64,000 bases of DNA from Azolla caroliniana (taxonomy: Eukaryota; Plantae; Polypodiophyta), in the NCBI GenBank assembly GCA_043228905.1, contig JBHGNT010000010.1:4030001-4094000 (forward strand), written 5' to 3'. Numbering within the stretch: position 1 is the first letter of the stretch; every line of letters starts with the position of its first letter. Below the pieces are notes generated by a model that had not been told where the DNA came from, did not search any database, and saw only the letters and a program-made list of their open reading frames with translations. Shown piece after piece: positions 63,561 to 64,000 of the stretch. The position numbers and the translations under genes were made by a program.

Positions 63561-64000
63561 TCAAAACAAGATTGAAGAACACAGGCCCCTCAATAATTTG
63601 TCCTTTTGGTGGAAATCTGAGAGGAGGAATGAGGTTGTGAAGTATTACAATGGGAGACTGTAAAGTAACGCCACTTCAGAATGTGAAATTCATTGATAAT
63701 CATAACCACAAAGAAACTATAATGAGAAGTTAGAATTAGAATTAGAATTTTTATCGTCCATAAAGAGGCCAATTTTGACCTATGAGACCAAGAGTCTGCA
63801 TGTGTTCTTGATATGTGTCTCCTTCCTAAGAAGGGGTATGGGTATTCACACATTGAAGCACAAAGCCTCTATGTGTGAATAAAGCATACACATATGAGCT
63901 CAACCTTCTTGGTGGTGTCTTAAGTATGGCACTTAAGTTATCATTCCCTCTTAGTATGTAAGCATATCTTGAACGAATTGCACTATATGTCGAGCATGTG

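Noticed and set aside
1-64000. Species or named family assignment (e.g. moss RLG1/RLC5, Bryco)
   Set aside because: Plausible but cannot be established without a database search.

Overview
Eukaryotic land-plant DNA, probably a non-seed plant (fern or bryophyte; inferred from the element types, not proven). Bases 1-58.3 kb are one deeply nested LTR-retrotransposon stack. An old Copia host (C, +, 506 to about 40563) has been invaded by four kinds of element: (1) an intact chromodomain Gypsy (770-7817) with apparently identical TG..TA LTRs; (2) four Tnt1/Tork-like Copia 'A' elements on the minus strand; (3) three Copia 'B' elements on the plus strand; (4) five or six non-coding TGTCG...CGACA elements that make 4-bp CpG-centred target duplications (CCGG/CCGT). 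A decayed second Gypsy and Gypsy scraps end the block. From 58.3 kb on lies a host gene on the minus strand, a RING-CH/DUF3675 E3 ligase; six 3' exons are resolved and its 5' part lies beyond a long intron. The most notable observations are the CpG-targeting 4-bp-TSD family (some members carry tRNA-like A/B-box modules), a capsid (gag) swap between otherwise sister Copia elements, and a predicted 1.56-kb 5'-leader intron in the Gypsy packed with hairpins, a regular hairpin array and a tRNA-like motif. All alignments and counts were done by eye.
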